A stretch of DNA of 61,052 nt, the filler included, from Sphacelaria rigidula (lineage: Eukaryota): NCBI GenBank assembly GCA_964200075.2. It is 6 parts of 6 records of this genome, joined end to end, with 100 filler letters (N's around TTAATTAATTAA, not from the genome) between each part and the next. Parts side by side here need not be neighbours in the genome. Positions count along the whole stretch, not along the records: positions 1 to 10,093 come from CAXNAA020007163.1; positions 10,194 to 20,285 come from CAXNAA020007164.1; 4 more parts are not named here. The stretch is one strand, 5' to 3'. Both the position numbers and the translations under genes were made by a program. Shown one piece after another: positions 1 through 11,308 of this stretch. The stretch's first letter is position 1; every line of letters starts with the position of its first letter. The notes beneath the pieces are model-generated. The model was not told where the DNA came from and did no database searches. It saw nothing but the letters and a program-made list of their open reading frames with translations.

Positions 1-53
1 TTGTCGAGCACGAGGCCAGTGATACTGGAGGAGTCCTTCGTTGATAGTTCTCT

Positions 54-1156
54 TGTCCAGATTGTCTGGCAAAGGCTATAGACGACAGGACTGCTGTAGG
101 TCATTTGTTGAATCGGCATCAATTTCAATCAAAAAAGTATGCATGATCCAGATGTCCAGATTGTCTGGCAAAGGCTATAGACGACAGGACTGCTGTAGGT
201 CATTTGTTGAATCGGCATCAATTTCAATCAAAAAAGTATGCATGATCCAGATGGACTACCCTCGTGGTCTAGGGATAACCCGTAGACAGCGACCCCCCGC
301 AGGTGGGCTGAGTCGGACTATGCCACATTTGCGGTTCAGAACAGCTATTTTCTCGCAACACAAAAACGCTTTTTTCAAAAACATGTAGATGTTTGGCACC
401 TATATAGAAAACAGTACCAGAGAACACCTGACTGGTTTGACCCTGCAGTCAAGTAATCTGTTAACCCTTTGACCGCGAGAGTAGGTCACCTGCTGAATCG
501 GCATCAATATTCACTTTAAAAAGTATACGTTATCCAGATGGATTACAGTATCCGCATCGCTGTCTGAGGATGAACCCTTGGACCACGAGAGTAGTCCACC
601 TGGATCATGCACACTTGAAAAAAACGAATGATGCCGATTCAACGCATGACCTACTCTCGCGGTCTGAGAGTTAGCCCCTACACCGCGAGGGTAGTACATC
701 TGGATTATGCCACGTTTTTTTGAGAAAATGATGCCGATTCAACGGATGACCTGCTCCCGCTGTCTAAGAGTTAACCCCTGCACCACGAGGGTAGTCTGTT
801 TGGATCATGCATACTTTTTTCAATTGAAATTGATGCCGATCCAGCAGATGATCTACTCTCGCTGCCTGAGGGTTAACCCTTAGACCGCGAGGTTAGTCAA
901 TCGGGATCATGCATGTACTTTTTTCAAGTGGGATTGATGCCATGTCAACCGATGACCTACTCTCGCCGTCAAACGGTTAAATCGGTATCAATTTCACCTG
1001 AAAAAAGAACGAACGCATGATGATCCAAATGGACTACCCTCGCGATTTAGGGGGCAACCCATTGACGGCGCGAGACGGGTCATCTATTGGATCGGCACCA
1101 AATTCACCTGCGTAAGGCATGCATGATCCAGATGGACTACCCTCACATTCCAGGGG
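54..1156. mobile_element. Tandem array of ~11 short (~100 bp) piggyBac-like MITEs in both orientations
   Basis: Unit CCCTTAGACCGCGAGAGTAGGTCA...AATCGGCATCAATTT...ATGCATGATCCAGATGGACTACCCTCGTGGTCTAAGGG, with TIRs starting CCCTT. Junctions are TTAA or variants at 461, 571, 671, 771, 873 and 977. Exact 99-bp duplication at 54-153 / 153-252. Confidence 0.65.
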
Positions 1157-1199
1157 ATGGACAGGAATTGGGGACGAGGGCGTCAGTTGTCCAGTTTAT

Positions 1200-1469
1200 T
1201 TGAGATTTGCCGTTGCCGGCTATTTCAATACCAATTTTAGGATGGTGTACGTAGTTTTTGCACGGTGTAACTGTACCGAAGAGCGCCTGTTTTCATGTGC
1301 AGGAAATGTGATGACGATAACTCGTGACTCACTGAGCCCCGAGCACGTTGAACTGTTGGTTTTCTTGCGTAGCACGTGGCAAGCTGCAGAGGATTATGGG
1401 AAATTATCAATCGATACGGGGGGTGCTTCGAAGGGGTCGAAGGAAATTGTTTGTATCAACTACGCGTGA
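1200..1469 (+). pseudogene. hAT transposase C-terminal dimerisation-domain remnant
   Basis: EERLFSCAGNVMTITRDSLSPEHVELLVFLR matches the hAT dimerisation motif (ERxFS-AG-x5-R-x-L-x3-VE-L-FL). No upstream catalytic region present. Confidence 0.6.
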
Positions 1470-1489
1470 ATCAGCGGCGCACAACCTCA

Positions 1490-1652
1490 TGTTCCGTCTT
1501 ACGTGTTTCGGTCGATTTGTACAGAATAGGTCTGGCATTCTATGGCGGTACACCTTTTTTTTTCGTATGTTCTATTTTTGCTGCTCCTGGCCACGGGCTG
1601 GATTGTTGCAATCAGCTAATGTGAGATAATCAATCAATCAATCAATCAATCA
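1490..1652 (+). mobile_element. 3' end of a non-LTR retroelement with (CAAT)n tail
   Basis: GGCCACGGGCTGGATT...GTGAGATAATCAATCAATC. Related ends at 10865-10940 (-), 47612-47670 (+) and 50335-50420 (-). Confidence 0.4.
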
Positions 1653-4600
1653 GTAGCACCCTTGGAACGGCGGTTGTGCCCTCGGCCAGTCACCAGCTGA
1701 CTTCTTCAGGTGTTCTCTGCTTCTCTTGTCTCGTATGCTCTGTTAGTACCTCGTGCTTCTGCGGTTTTCCGTCTTTCGACCATAGCATGTGGGTCGACGG
1801 CTGGTCAGTCGAATGAGGAAAATGAAGAAAGAGAGTGTGACTTATCGTACGGTGGGACACTTGATGCGGAACTGCCAAACGCCAAACCTCACTCGCCAAT
1901 TGCCAATTGCATGATGAAGAGCGCGTTCTGAACATCATTAATCACATAGGCTCACCCCACCTCGAAATGATTTAGCAGATATATGCCAAGCTTTGTTGGT
2001 TCATTTCAAGATATCCGAAAACAAGAATAAAAAACGTCATCACGCGACCACAGCACAATACAAAATACACCATGGTGTTTTGCCAATCAACGACGTGCGT
2101 TTATCGGTCCGGACGTGGCGAATTTTACGCTCTCGTCCTTACGTGTTTGCCAGCCTTGGCTTTCTTGGTCCCATCCTCCGCTCCTCATGGAGTGTCTTCT
2201 GGAGTCTCTGCTGCTGCATGCTAGATATGAACGGTTTTCGAGCCACTCACCGCTTTGAAAGAGCCTCAATACCATCTAGGCCTCCTATCCCCTCGACGTC
2301 ACGGGTCATATTTTGTACAAATATCCACGATTTTAGAGGGGGAAACAAGCCAAATACCACATTTTTTCTCGCCTCCAGCGGCGCTCTCGCGAGGTCCCCT
2401 CACCAGCCAGAGAAAAAATACGTCGCAAGGGTGCCCGTATACGGTAGACTGGGTGCTCCGTCTGTCTGCGAACAGTGTCGGGTCAGCGATCTCGAATGCG
2501 AACTGTCCGAGTCAGTACGAGTGTGCGGATAAATTCTGGCAGCAACGGATTTACAGAAATTTCCGCGGCGAGAACGGTTGCAAAACCGTACACAAGACAG
2601 ATCGAGATCTACCTTCGATCGCACAGTATCCTAGAACAAGCGCGAGAGATCTCAAGTGTTTTATCTCAAGCGCTTTACCGCGGTGGACGAAGTTCATCAG
2701 GCGCGTGCGTTCGGTATTTTTGTATTTCCACTCCTGCCACTCGTAACGCGAAGTGCTTGAACCCGGGAAGGTAGTGGGACACAAAACAAGATACTACCGT
2801 CTGGACGGTACAACAAAATCGAGTATAATAAAATTTGACAACAGCGGAGGAAATGACGCACGTCACCCTTGTAAAATAGGGGAAGAGGAGGGCGGGGGGA
2901 AGAGGGCGGGGGGGGGGGGGAAAGCGGCAGGAACAGAGTGACGGGGCCCACACGCAAAACGGACGTCGAAATGACCCGGTNNNNNNNNNNGAGAGAGGGA
3001 AAGAGGCGAGGAGGAGGGGACGGAGGGGGGGGGGGCGAGCGGGGGGGGGAGAGGGGGGGGGGGAATGCAGCATGAACAGAGGTACAGGACCCACACGTCG
3101 AGCGGACTGTATAACTATCCGATCATTGACCACTAGATTTCGGGGGCGGGTAATCGACAAGATCCACTTATATCCAATGTGTCAAAAGGGTCTCCACGAT
3201 CCACGACCAACACGCAATTTGAGATGTCTTACCTGTTGATGTGATTCCCACAACCAGCCCAGGTTGGCTTTTTGCAGGTCGAACACTCCACCTTTCTGCA
3301 CATCTTGATTGCACCTAGCTTGTGTATATGAGTGCAATGATCTCTTCTACAACCTCTGTGTGTACGTGTACGATGTGCTCTGGAAGTGTGCGAGGTTGTG
3401 GGGGAGGGCTGCCTGCTACTCTATTTAGTGCATATCCCCCTTTACTTGATGCATACCCTTCTTGTAATTCGGTATACCCCATTTTTTAGTATATACAGCA
3501 CTTCTGATGGGTACCCTCTAGTTTTTGAGCCGCGCCTGGTATCATCACCTTGTTCCCCCTTTTGGCTGTTGGGATCATGATGGCGAACTTCCGATTGCTG
3601 GGCCTTCTTGCTGCATGCATCGCGACCGATGTATTCTCCTTCATTGTTCCCACCGGACATGTGGCCTCCTCGATATCAAGACGCTCGGCAACATCTCGTG
3701 AGCCTAGTATTGTGTAGCAGCGAACATACGTGGTATCACATGTCAACATGTCGTGATCAACGCTCATGTACTCCCTACTCGGGTAGGGTACACGTCATGT
3801 ACGACAGCAGCGTATCGACATGACAACAATACGACTCAGCCTGAACCATACGCTGCGAAAGGCGGAAATACATTATCTGATCGCCCGCGAAGACGAGCGC
3901 AAACTCTGAGCTATTGATTTGTTCGGTGTAAAGTTTAGTGTCGTATCCTCTTGTTAAACATGCGGCATTTTTGCCTCAGCACATGGAACGTCTTGGTGAC
4001 GGGGGATACCACCCCCGAGTGATCACTTTTGCAACCTCGGTTCTCTCGAGAAGAAAGGCCCTGAACTCCCGAAGTATACATTGCTTTTTCATTTTATTCA
4101 CGACATGTTGTAAACGACTCAGGTTTTAGGGCTATTTCTGCCACAGGCTTCCAGAAAATTGGACTTGAAAACTCATCACCGTAGGGGTGACATTGACCGT
4201 CAGCTACGTTACTGCCTGTATGTCGACCTCCAACGACAGCACTTTCAGGCACAGATCCGCGATAGCCAGAGACGACGCGTTAATAGAAAACCGAAAACGG
4301 GAATCGAAAGTGACTGAGACTTGAATTTGAAGTGAATGTCCAGACACCGTGCTATCGTCATTCTTCTCTGCATGCAAGCTCTCTCAGAGTCGGGTTCAAC
4401 CTTTTCCGACCCGGTCCCAAAGATACCAAAAATCCCGCCCTGGATAAAGGCTGGGAGTTGATTGGATTGATTCGTGGACTGATACAGGCAGTTTACTGTC
4501 GCCTACATTGACCCTGGAGACGGCCAGGGTGTCCATGATTTGGATCGGCATTGTATCAACCTGAGAAACAAGTACCGCTCAACGTTATCCGACAAGTGGG

Positions 4601-6027
4601 CGCTCCAACGGTCATGTGATCCCTTGCAAATCGAGCCGTTGGCACAAGATTGCGTACTGTTGTGGGGCGAATGAGGGCCATAACGACCAGAAAAACTCAT
4701 GCAGGGAAATAAGATCAAACGCGGAGGAACAATGAATACATCGATAGCTGTTGCTAGCTCTTCCGAGCAGGACACACGCTTCGTCCCTAATTAACTTGGC
4801 TTTAGTATGCAACAGCTGTAACACTTTCATCGCGTTCTTCTCTTCTCTGCCGCGAGGTGGTCTAGCAGAGCCTTCGGGTAATCGGCACACGAACTCGCTG
4901 GCGATCGCCTGCGGTCGCTTACGGGGTAAGTGTTGGGTTTGGTTTCCTCCTTCCATCACGGGAAAAAAGAAAATGACGTTCTTCTCGACACAGGAAAGAA
5001 GCCGGTCTGTAGCACTTCACAGCCCCTCTTACCCAAAGAGCCCCTAAAACGGACAAAACACATTTTTTCTAATACATTTTGGTTTGGTGCGGCGTTTATG
5101 TCACGCGTTAAGAAATTGCTTGGCCGGTTCCCTACCTTAGGTGTGTGGGAAGCGCACGCAAGGGACCGCAGTCCAATCCTCTGCTTTGTTGCTGAGAAAT
5201 CCGCGGTGAAAGATTGACACAAAAACATACTGCAACGACATGGGTACAACAACAACACGAGCGACAGCTTCAACCCTCCTGTTGTTGCGACCCTGTGTAC
5301 CGATGTATAGCAACGTCAGTCACAGCCTTGTTATAGAAATGTACTATATATCGTACGGTTCAAATGGGCCAGATCGTTATTTCGAGGTGACGCCTGTACT
5401 CGTGATTGATGCTGATTGGCTCATTCGAGCTCCGTTTCTTCTGTAGATATATATGGATGCGCATTTTCTCGGAATATAGTACCCAAAATCTGTCCCCTTT
5501 CACTTCCATAACTGTACTCAAGGTAAAAACTGTCCACGAATATACTGGGTGGACGAAATTCGACTAAGGGGGGAGAGCGAAGCAGAAGAATGGAGAAAAC
5601 GAACGGAGTAAGCCAGGGGGGGAAACAGAAGAAGGAGAGGAAAAATAAAGCGAGAAAACCGCCAGGCTAGAATACACTATTGTAGTAGCGGTCCAGAGAA
5701 AACACTCATCAGGTCGCTACCAGGCGCTTCAGGCGAGGATACCGTACGAAAACACAGTGCCGTGGGAGTAGGTTGCGACTCAGTCATCTGGGGACGGCAC
5801 CATTTTGGCAGGCGTTCTCAGCAATCGGCTCTGCCGGAGCCAGACGCAAAGACTAGTACCCTTCAGAGAGAGAGAGAGACGACGACGACGGGAGCAGGAC
5901 AAAGCAGAAAAAAATACGAAGAAAGGAAAGAAAAAGAGGAACAAAGAGGTCTGACAAAATAAAACGAACGAAACTAACCAAAAATAAGTAAAAGACGAAA
6001 AGTGGATGCACCCTCCCCCTTTTCAGC

Positions 6028-6084
6028 GGCAGTGGCCAATGGTCAAACGACGAAGGCGAGCAACAAATGAGAACGCCCCCCCCC
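6028..6084 (+). mobile_element. 5'-truncated LINE 3' end with poly(C) tail and 13-bp TSD
   Basis: CAATGGTCAAACGAC...AGCAACAAATGAGAACG(C)9 flanked by CCCCCTTTTCAGC at 6015-6027 and 6080-6092. The homologous inverted arm near 8505-8530 lacks the insertion. Confidence 0.7.
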
Positions 6085-6922
6085 TTTTCAGCTACAAAGA
6101 TTGGTGGTGTGGAACGCCAAAGTTGGAGCTGCCCGTGCGAGGCCCAAATCACTTGGAAATCAATCCCGACGCGAAGCCGACACGCCCACAGCTCATGCAG
6201 GGCGTGCACACCAACTTTCGCGAACAGAAAGCTCGACTTAAGGCCATACAGCACCGCGGAGCACAAAGGCCTCGCAGAATACCCTCTTGAGTCCGAGAAA
6301 ATTGGTCGGTGCACCCCCCACCACCCACTATGTTCATCCTCCGTCCCTTCCTGTCCATGTTTTCACCCGCTTTGGTCCAAAGTGTACACATGTTTCACGA
6401 CCATCGGCCTTCCGCAGCCACTGTCCAACCCACCGCACGGCGAAAAATTGAACGATCGAAGGACGTCTCCGACGCTTCTTGTTTGCCTCTTCCGACGGCC
6501 TGGAGACTAGAGACCTTGCCGCCGGTTATTTTCCACCAATAAAAACAAGACCTCTGTGGGGCGGTTGACACAGTGCATGGCCGTTGTGCACACACAAACG
6601 GCACTATAAGTTGCCAAATTGCGGAGCACAATTCTAACGGCACTAACGGTTGCCCAATTCCGGAACAGAACGGGTGAACTGCTACACCACTCACTCATCT
6701 GTCAACGGCGCGGGTTGCAAGTATGCCGAGGCACGTTGCCCGTACAGGGCGCTTGCAATGTGCAAAGCAATCAACAATCGTAGGAATGGTAGAGGCGCAC
6801 GAGCTAATAAGGGAGCGACGGGAAGACAAGCAAACAAGACAAGGTACTGCGCAAAGTAGACTCTTGGGGGATGCAGGGAGCGATTCGATCGTGAAACCTG
6901 ACAATGTCAAGTGTTAACAGTA

Positions 6923-7419
6923 GACAGCGGATTCTAAAAAATGGGACTGAACAAAAAATGAGGTTTGACTCAAAAACAGTGCTTTCCCTGACCTAAAGCC
7001 AGGGCAAATGACTCTTATATGGACGACCTCATCCCTCGCGATCTCCCGACCTGAAGTCATGGCAAGTGACTTTCATATGGACGACCTCATCCCTCGTGAC
7101 CTCGGAAAACTATTTTCTCCTAAAACTGTTTTTGGGGGTTTCCGGCCTCCCGTTCCCCCAAAGAGTATGTGCGAAAGCACATTTTTACCTCGATACCGGG
7201 GTGAAAAAAGAGACGCTTTTCGGCCCAAAAATCGTGCTTTCGCACATACCCTTCGAGGGAATGGAAGACTGGATACCCCCCGAAATAGTTTTAGGGAGGT
7301 CGCGAGGGATTAGGTCGTCCACATGAAAGTCAATCGTCATGGCTTTAGGTCAGCGAAAGCACTGCTTTTGAGTTGAACCTCATTTTTTTTTCAGCCCCAT
7401 TTCCGAGAATCCGCCGTTT
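6923..7419. mobile_element. MITE-like element with ~130-bp imperfect TIRs
   Basis: 6923-7050 is reverse-complementary to ~7290-7419 (GCGGATTCT...ATGAGGTT...AGTGCTTTC...GACCTAAAGCC...GGACGACCT). Confidence 0.6.
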
Positions 7420-9732
7420 GGTACGATATTCGTTCGGAGGTTCCTGTTCGTTCCGATACATGAATGGCCGTGTGGGTTGTCTGTGACGCTTATTTTGCCG
7501 TGAAATATGGAGACGGTGAGAGAAGCGAAAAGAAGCCCGAGCAAAGCAAGTTGTCTGCCTGTACACAATGACCACTCTTGAATCCTACGGAGGAAACACC
7601 AATCAGACTTTCTTCTTGGAAGAGCGGTCTTTGTGCCGGCGTTGGACGCAGCGGGGAACAGGTCTTGAAATCTCAACGGGCGTGACTGAAATACATAAGT
7701 GAAAACAGTACCCAGCCGGAATGAGCATGCATAGACACCCACAGCAGCAGCACATCACGCCTAGAGCTAGCTCTTGCTCATCTATATGCACAGTGTCATT
7801 TGTTTCACGGCAATCTGGTCGGTATTGGAAAATGACCGGCCGTGTACGTACCACAAACCTTGCTCACGGCAGAGTCGTCGGCCATTCGTGGGTGTGTTAC
7901 ACGGCGCCCGTCCAACAGAAAACATTGTGTCTCATTGCATTCTGAACCGATTTGCCCGGAGACCGTTTGAATTCTGTTCCGCAATTTGGCAACTTGTTGT
8001 CCCGTTTGTGCGGGGGCGCGCAACGGTCGTACAGTGTCTCAATCGCCCCCCAGGGGTCTCGTTTTTATCGGTGGAAAATGACCGGCGGCGGGGTCTCCAG
8101 TCTCCAGGCCGTAGGAAGAGGCAAAGAAGGAGCGTCGGGATGTTCTTCGACCGCTCGACAAAACTTTTGCCGGGCGGTTGGTTGGACGGAGGCCGTGGAA
8201 GGCCGATGGTGGGGAAACGTGTGTACACCTTGGACCAAAGCGGGTGAAAACATGGATAGAGAGGGGCGGACGATGAATATAGTAGGTGACGGGGGGTGCA
8301 CCGCCCGCATAATCGGACATAAGAGGGTATCCTGCGAGGCCCTTGTGCCCTGTGGTGCTGTTTAGCCCCAAATTGCGCTACTTGTTCGCGAGAGTTGATG
8401 TGCACGCTCTGCATGGACTGCGGGCGTGCCGTCATTGTGTTGGGATTGATTTTCGAGTAGTTTGAGCCTCGCACGGGCAGACGTTCACCACCACCATCGT
8501 TGTGGCTGTGAAAGGGAGAGGGTGCACCCACCATTGTCTATTACACGAGAAAAAGACGGAATATATGGAGGGGAAAAGAGATGAACCAAGAAACAATGCA
8601 GAACATGAAACAGGGAACACGACGAGGGAATATCGCTAGAGTCGCGAGCGGAGGAAAGAAGTCAACAATCTATAAAATAGAACAGGTGCGCACAACTTTC
8701 TGTGTTTCCTCCTTCCCCCCCCCTCCCCCCATCTCCTCTCTCACCCCTAGCCCGGGAGAAAGCAGACCACCCTCTGGATCGTTTTAGTGGAACCTGACAT
8801 TTGGGGGAGAGGAGCGCTCGACGATTCGGCAGCCACTTTCACCTCAGTTCTCCTCTGCGTCTTGAAGGCAAACTGATTCAGTAGTCAGCGGAAATTAATA
8901 CATACCACAAATAACGGTAAGGTCACCCGTCTACATCCGGTCTTCAAATTGGACACAACAACGTGCACTGGTGTAAACTGGTGGGTGAAGAAGGGTACCC
9001 ACAGTGGCCAGAGTCTGGAAATCGTGGACAGTACGGGTGTTGCCGAAGGAGAGTGGAGAGACGAACGGGATGTATTTTTACACGGTTCGGACGAATCATC
9101 GCCGGTTCGAATCACCGAATCCACGATTTCTCAGCCCCGATTGTTCGAAAGAGAGAAAAAAAGTTGACCGCTAGTTTGTTGAAAAAAAAACTCCACGCAA
9201 CTTTTTAGCCATTCCGCGTGCCTGGGCTGCGCGTACCTGGGCTGCAACGCTGAAAACATACGTAGCCTAAGGATTGATTCATACGGTACGAATCAATCAC
9301 ACTACACTCAAGTAATTTCCGGACGAATGAAGTGATCCGCCCGACCCCCTTGTACTTCTGCCGCTTTGGCCACGTCAGGGGTTCCAGTCTAGCTCTGCTG
9401 GGTTACCTGATCCTGTGCCACTCTCGTTCACACCCCCACTCACTGCCTTGCTTGTCCTCCGTTTTTCGTTCGAATATATTTATTTGCACGAGGAGGAAAA
9501 CGCTGCGTGATTTTTGTCAACTCTTGCGTGTTCTGGGGGGGAAACAGCGTAAAAACGGGACGTCCACATTACCGTCTGTTGGACCTACCTTTGAAAAACT
9601 TCACTAACCCAATCCGGTCGACACACTAATGCCGTGAAATCTTGGCGGAGTTTTTTTTTTTTCTCTTTTCATTTTAATATATATATATACTTTTTCTGGT
9701 CGCTGGTCGCCGCCCGATTCTCATGTACCCAG

Positions 9733-9902
9733 GAGCAACGAACGCGGTCGTGATGAGCAGCGCCGCCGACGAGGCAGTCGGACGGTACAAGAAGTTAGTT
9801 GGCGCTAAAAAGTTCGCCGAAATGGAGGGCGGCGAGGAGAAAGCGAAGACCTGTTTCAGGGAGATCTGCAACGTCTACGGGGAGGAAAACGCCATCGAGA
9901 TG
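9733..9902 (+). CDS. Internal coding exon of an uncharacterised host gene
   Basis: Pyrimidine-rich upstream intron, acceptor CCCAG|G and donor ATG|GTGAGA. GC3-rich codons encode ATNAVVMSSAADEAVGRYKKLVGAKKFAEMEGGEEKAKTCFREICNVYGEENAIEM. Confidence 0.7.
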
Positions 9903-9962
9903 GTGAGAAGGCGGATGCTTCACCGCCAGAGATGTCGTTGGGGCCCCAAGGCTGTAGTAGTC

Positions 9963-10093
9963 GGGGGGAGGGAGGGGGGGCGTACTCATTTGTTGCTCCT
10001 TAGTCGTTTGACCATTGACCACGCATCCCTTTCGAGACGGAGCATGGGGGAGAGGGAGGGGGGGGGGTGTACTCATGATCATCCATGCCATAG
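9963..10093 (-). mobile_element. Two stacked poly(C)-tailed LINE 3' ends (two subfamilies)
   Basis: Minus strand reads ...TATGGCATGGATGATCATGAGTACAC(C)n, then GCTCCGTCTCGAAAGGGATGCGTGGTCAATGGTCAAACG...AAATGAGTACG(C)n. Similar C-rich tracts lie on both sides of the second copy. Confidence 0.65.
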
Positions 10094-10193
10094 NNNNNNN
10101 NNNNNNNNNNNNNNNNNNNNNNNNNNNNNNNNNNNNNTTAATTAATTAANNNNNNNNNNNNNNNNNNNNNNNNNNNNNNNNNNNNNNNNNNNN
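10094..10193. other. Artificial assembly linker (100 nt, N-TTAATTAATTAA-N); also at 20286-20385, 30478-30577, 40670-40769, 50862-50961
   Basis: Five identical linkers with a six-frame stop core, spaced 10192 bp apart. Confidence 0.95.
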
Positions 10194-10208
10194 CCCCCCC
10201 CCCCCCCC

Positions 10209-10311
10209 TGGTCCGGCGAAAACCCGGCGTGCTCCGTCCCGGCTTTGTAGGGATGCGAGGTCAACGGTCTTATGACTATGGCATGCATGATCATGAGTAC
10301 ACCCCCTCCCC
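10209..10311 (+). mobile_element. Poly(C)-tailed LINE 3' end, second subfamily
   Basis: GTGCTCCGTCCC...GGATGCGAGGTCAACGGTCTTATGACTATGGCATGCATGATCATGAGTACACCCCCTCCCC. Peptide GCEVNGLMTMA is homologous to GCVVNGQTTKA. Confidence 0.55.
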
Positions 10312-10472
10312 GGTTGATGAGGGAGCCTCTCTCTGGAGGCATATAATGAAAATAAACGCTCTGTGAATTCATTTCTCTTTAATGCGAACTCACGATCAAC
10401 CTCCTGAGAGTAGCGTTTTGTGTGCATGGAGGGTTGAAAAAATGTGATAACACATTCTGAACTTCATGAGCC

Positions 10473-10820
10473 GGTCGCCCCGGTGGCTCAGTTGGTAACC
10501 TCGAAACCTTCTGACGGTTGAGTCATGGGTTCGAATCCCGGAGCGATCTGGGATTGTTCATCACACCATGCTCAACAGTGGAGAGCGACTCATGCCGTGG
10601 GTACACAAAAGTCGACTTGACTGTCGACAAGGGAAAGGGACTGCTGAACCCCTCTCGCGATGATAAATATAGGGAAGTGCTGCAGAAGGAAGGTGGAGTG
10701 TTATAAATAAGGAAAAAAAAAAAATGCCTGTGTTGACCTTCCCCTTGTGTGACCCCGGCTGGTGCGCCCACATGTACCGAAAGGTGTAGACCGACGTCCA
10801 GGATAAATGGGACGACAACA
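10473..10820 (+). mobile_element. tRNA-derived SINE (~350 bp)
   Basis: A box TGGCTCAGTTGG, B box GGTTCGAATCC, pseudo-anticodon loop CTTCTGA. Unique body shared with the copy at 17964-18310. Confidence 0.75.
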
Positions 10821-11308
10821 TACACAGCACACACGTCATATTCAGTGCCGTTCGATGGTCTGCTGAGTTTATTGATCGTCGCACTTTAACTGACCACCCA
10901 GGGATCCACCCGTGGCCACATGACACGTCCCAAGAGCTGAGTTATGCGAAAGAAATGTCGCGATACACCAGAAATGCCGCCGTGGACATCTTCGATTCCT
11001 CAGACTCGTGTTCCCAAAGGACATGGTATGGAGAAGCCGCGTGGGGACGCATTCCTGGTATTCAGTGGACCGCGCGAACGTCCACACAGCCAAACAACGA
11101 TGATGACACGTGCATATTCAGTGGACAATGGGATGATGACTGATGGCATGCGTGCTAGGCAATATGTTCGGTTGCGCAGCTAGTCAATGCTGGTATATTG
11201 CCGTTGAACAAAGTGTAACGGTGTCAATCTCACCAGCAGCGCACGTGAGTCATTTTACCAAGAAAACAGGTCAAACGCCCGCTCCACAAACGAAACAGAG
11301 CTCGCGCA

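Larger units (their letters stand above)
6005..8530. repeat. Long diverged inverted repeat pair (arms ~6005-6665 and ~7945-8530), foldback-like
   Basis: The arms are reverse-complementary. Both give the same spurious peptide PCFHPLWSKVYT on opposite strands. Confidence 0.75.

Noticed and set aside
1..60. Similarity to the Gypsy LTR (GAGGCCAGT..ACTGG.GGAGTCC)
   Set aside because: Only ~25 bp at a contig edge; too short to call an LTR.
54..1156. CRISPR-like regularly spaced palindromic repeats
   Set aside because: Whole units are homologous (no unique spacers), orientation alternates, there are no cas genes, and the context is eukaryotic.
4503..4959. Possible third hAT remnant (LSDNVERYLFLRL) on the minus strand
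   Set aside because: Only one short motif; the ERxFS core is not recognisable.
10473..10546. Functional tRNA genes here, at 17964 and at 21485-22230
   Set aside because: Anticodon and acceptor stems are disrupted and each head is attached to a repeated body, so these are tRNA-derived repeats.
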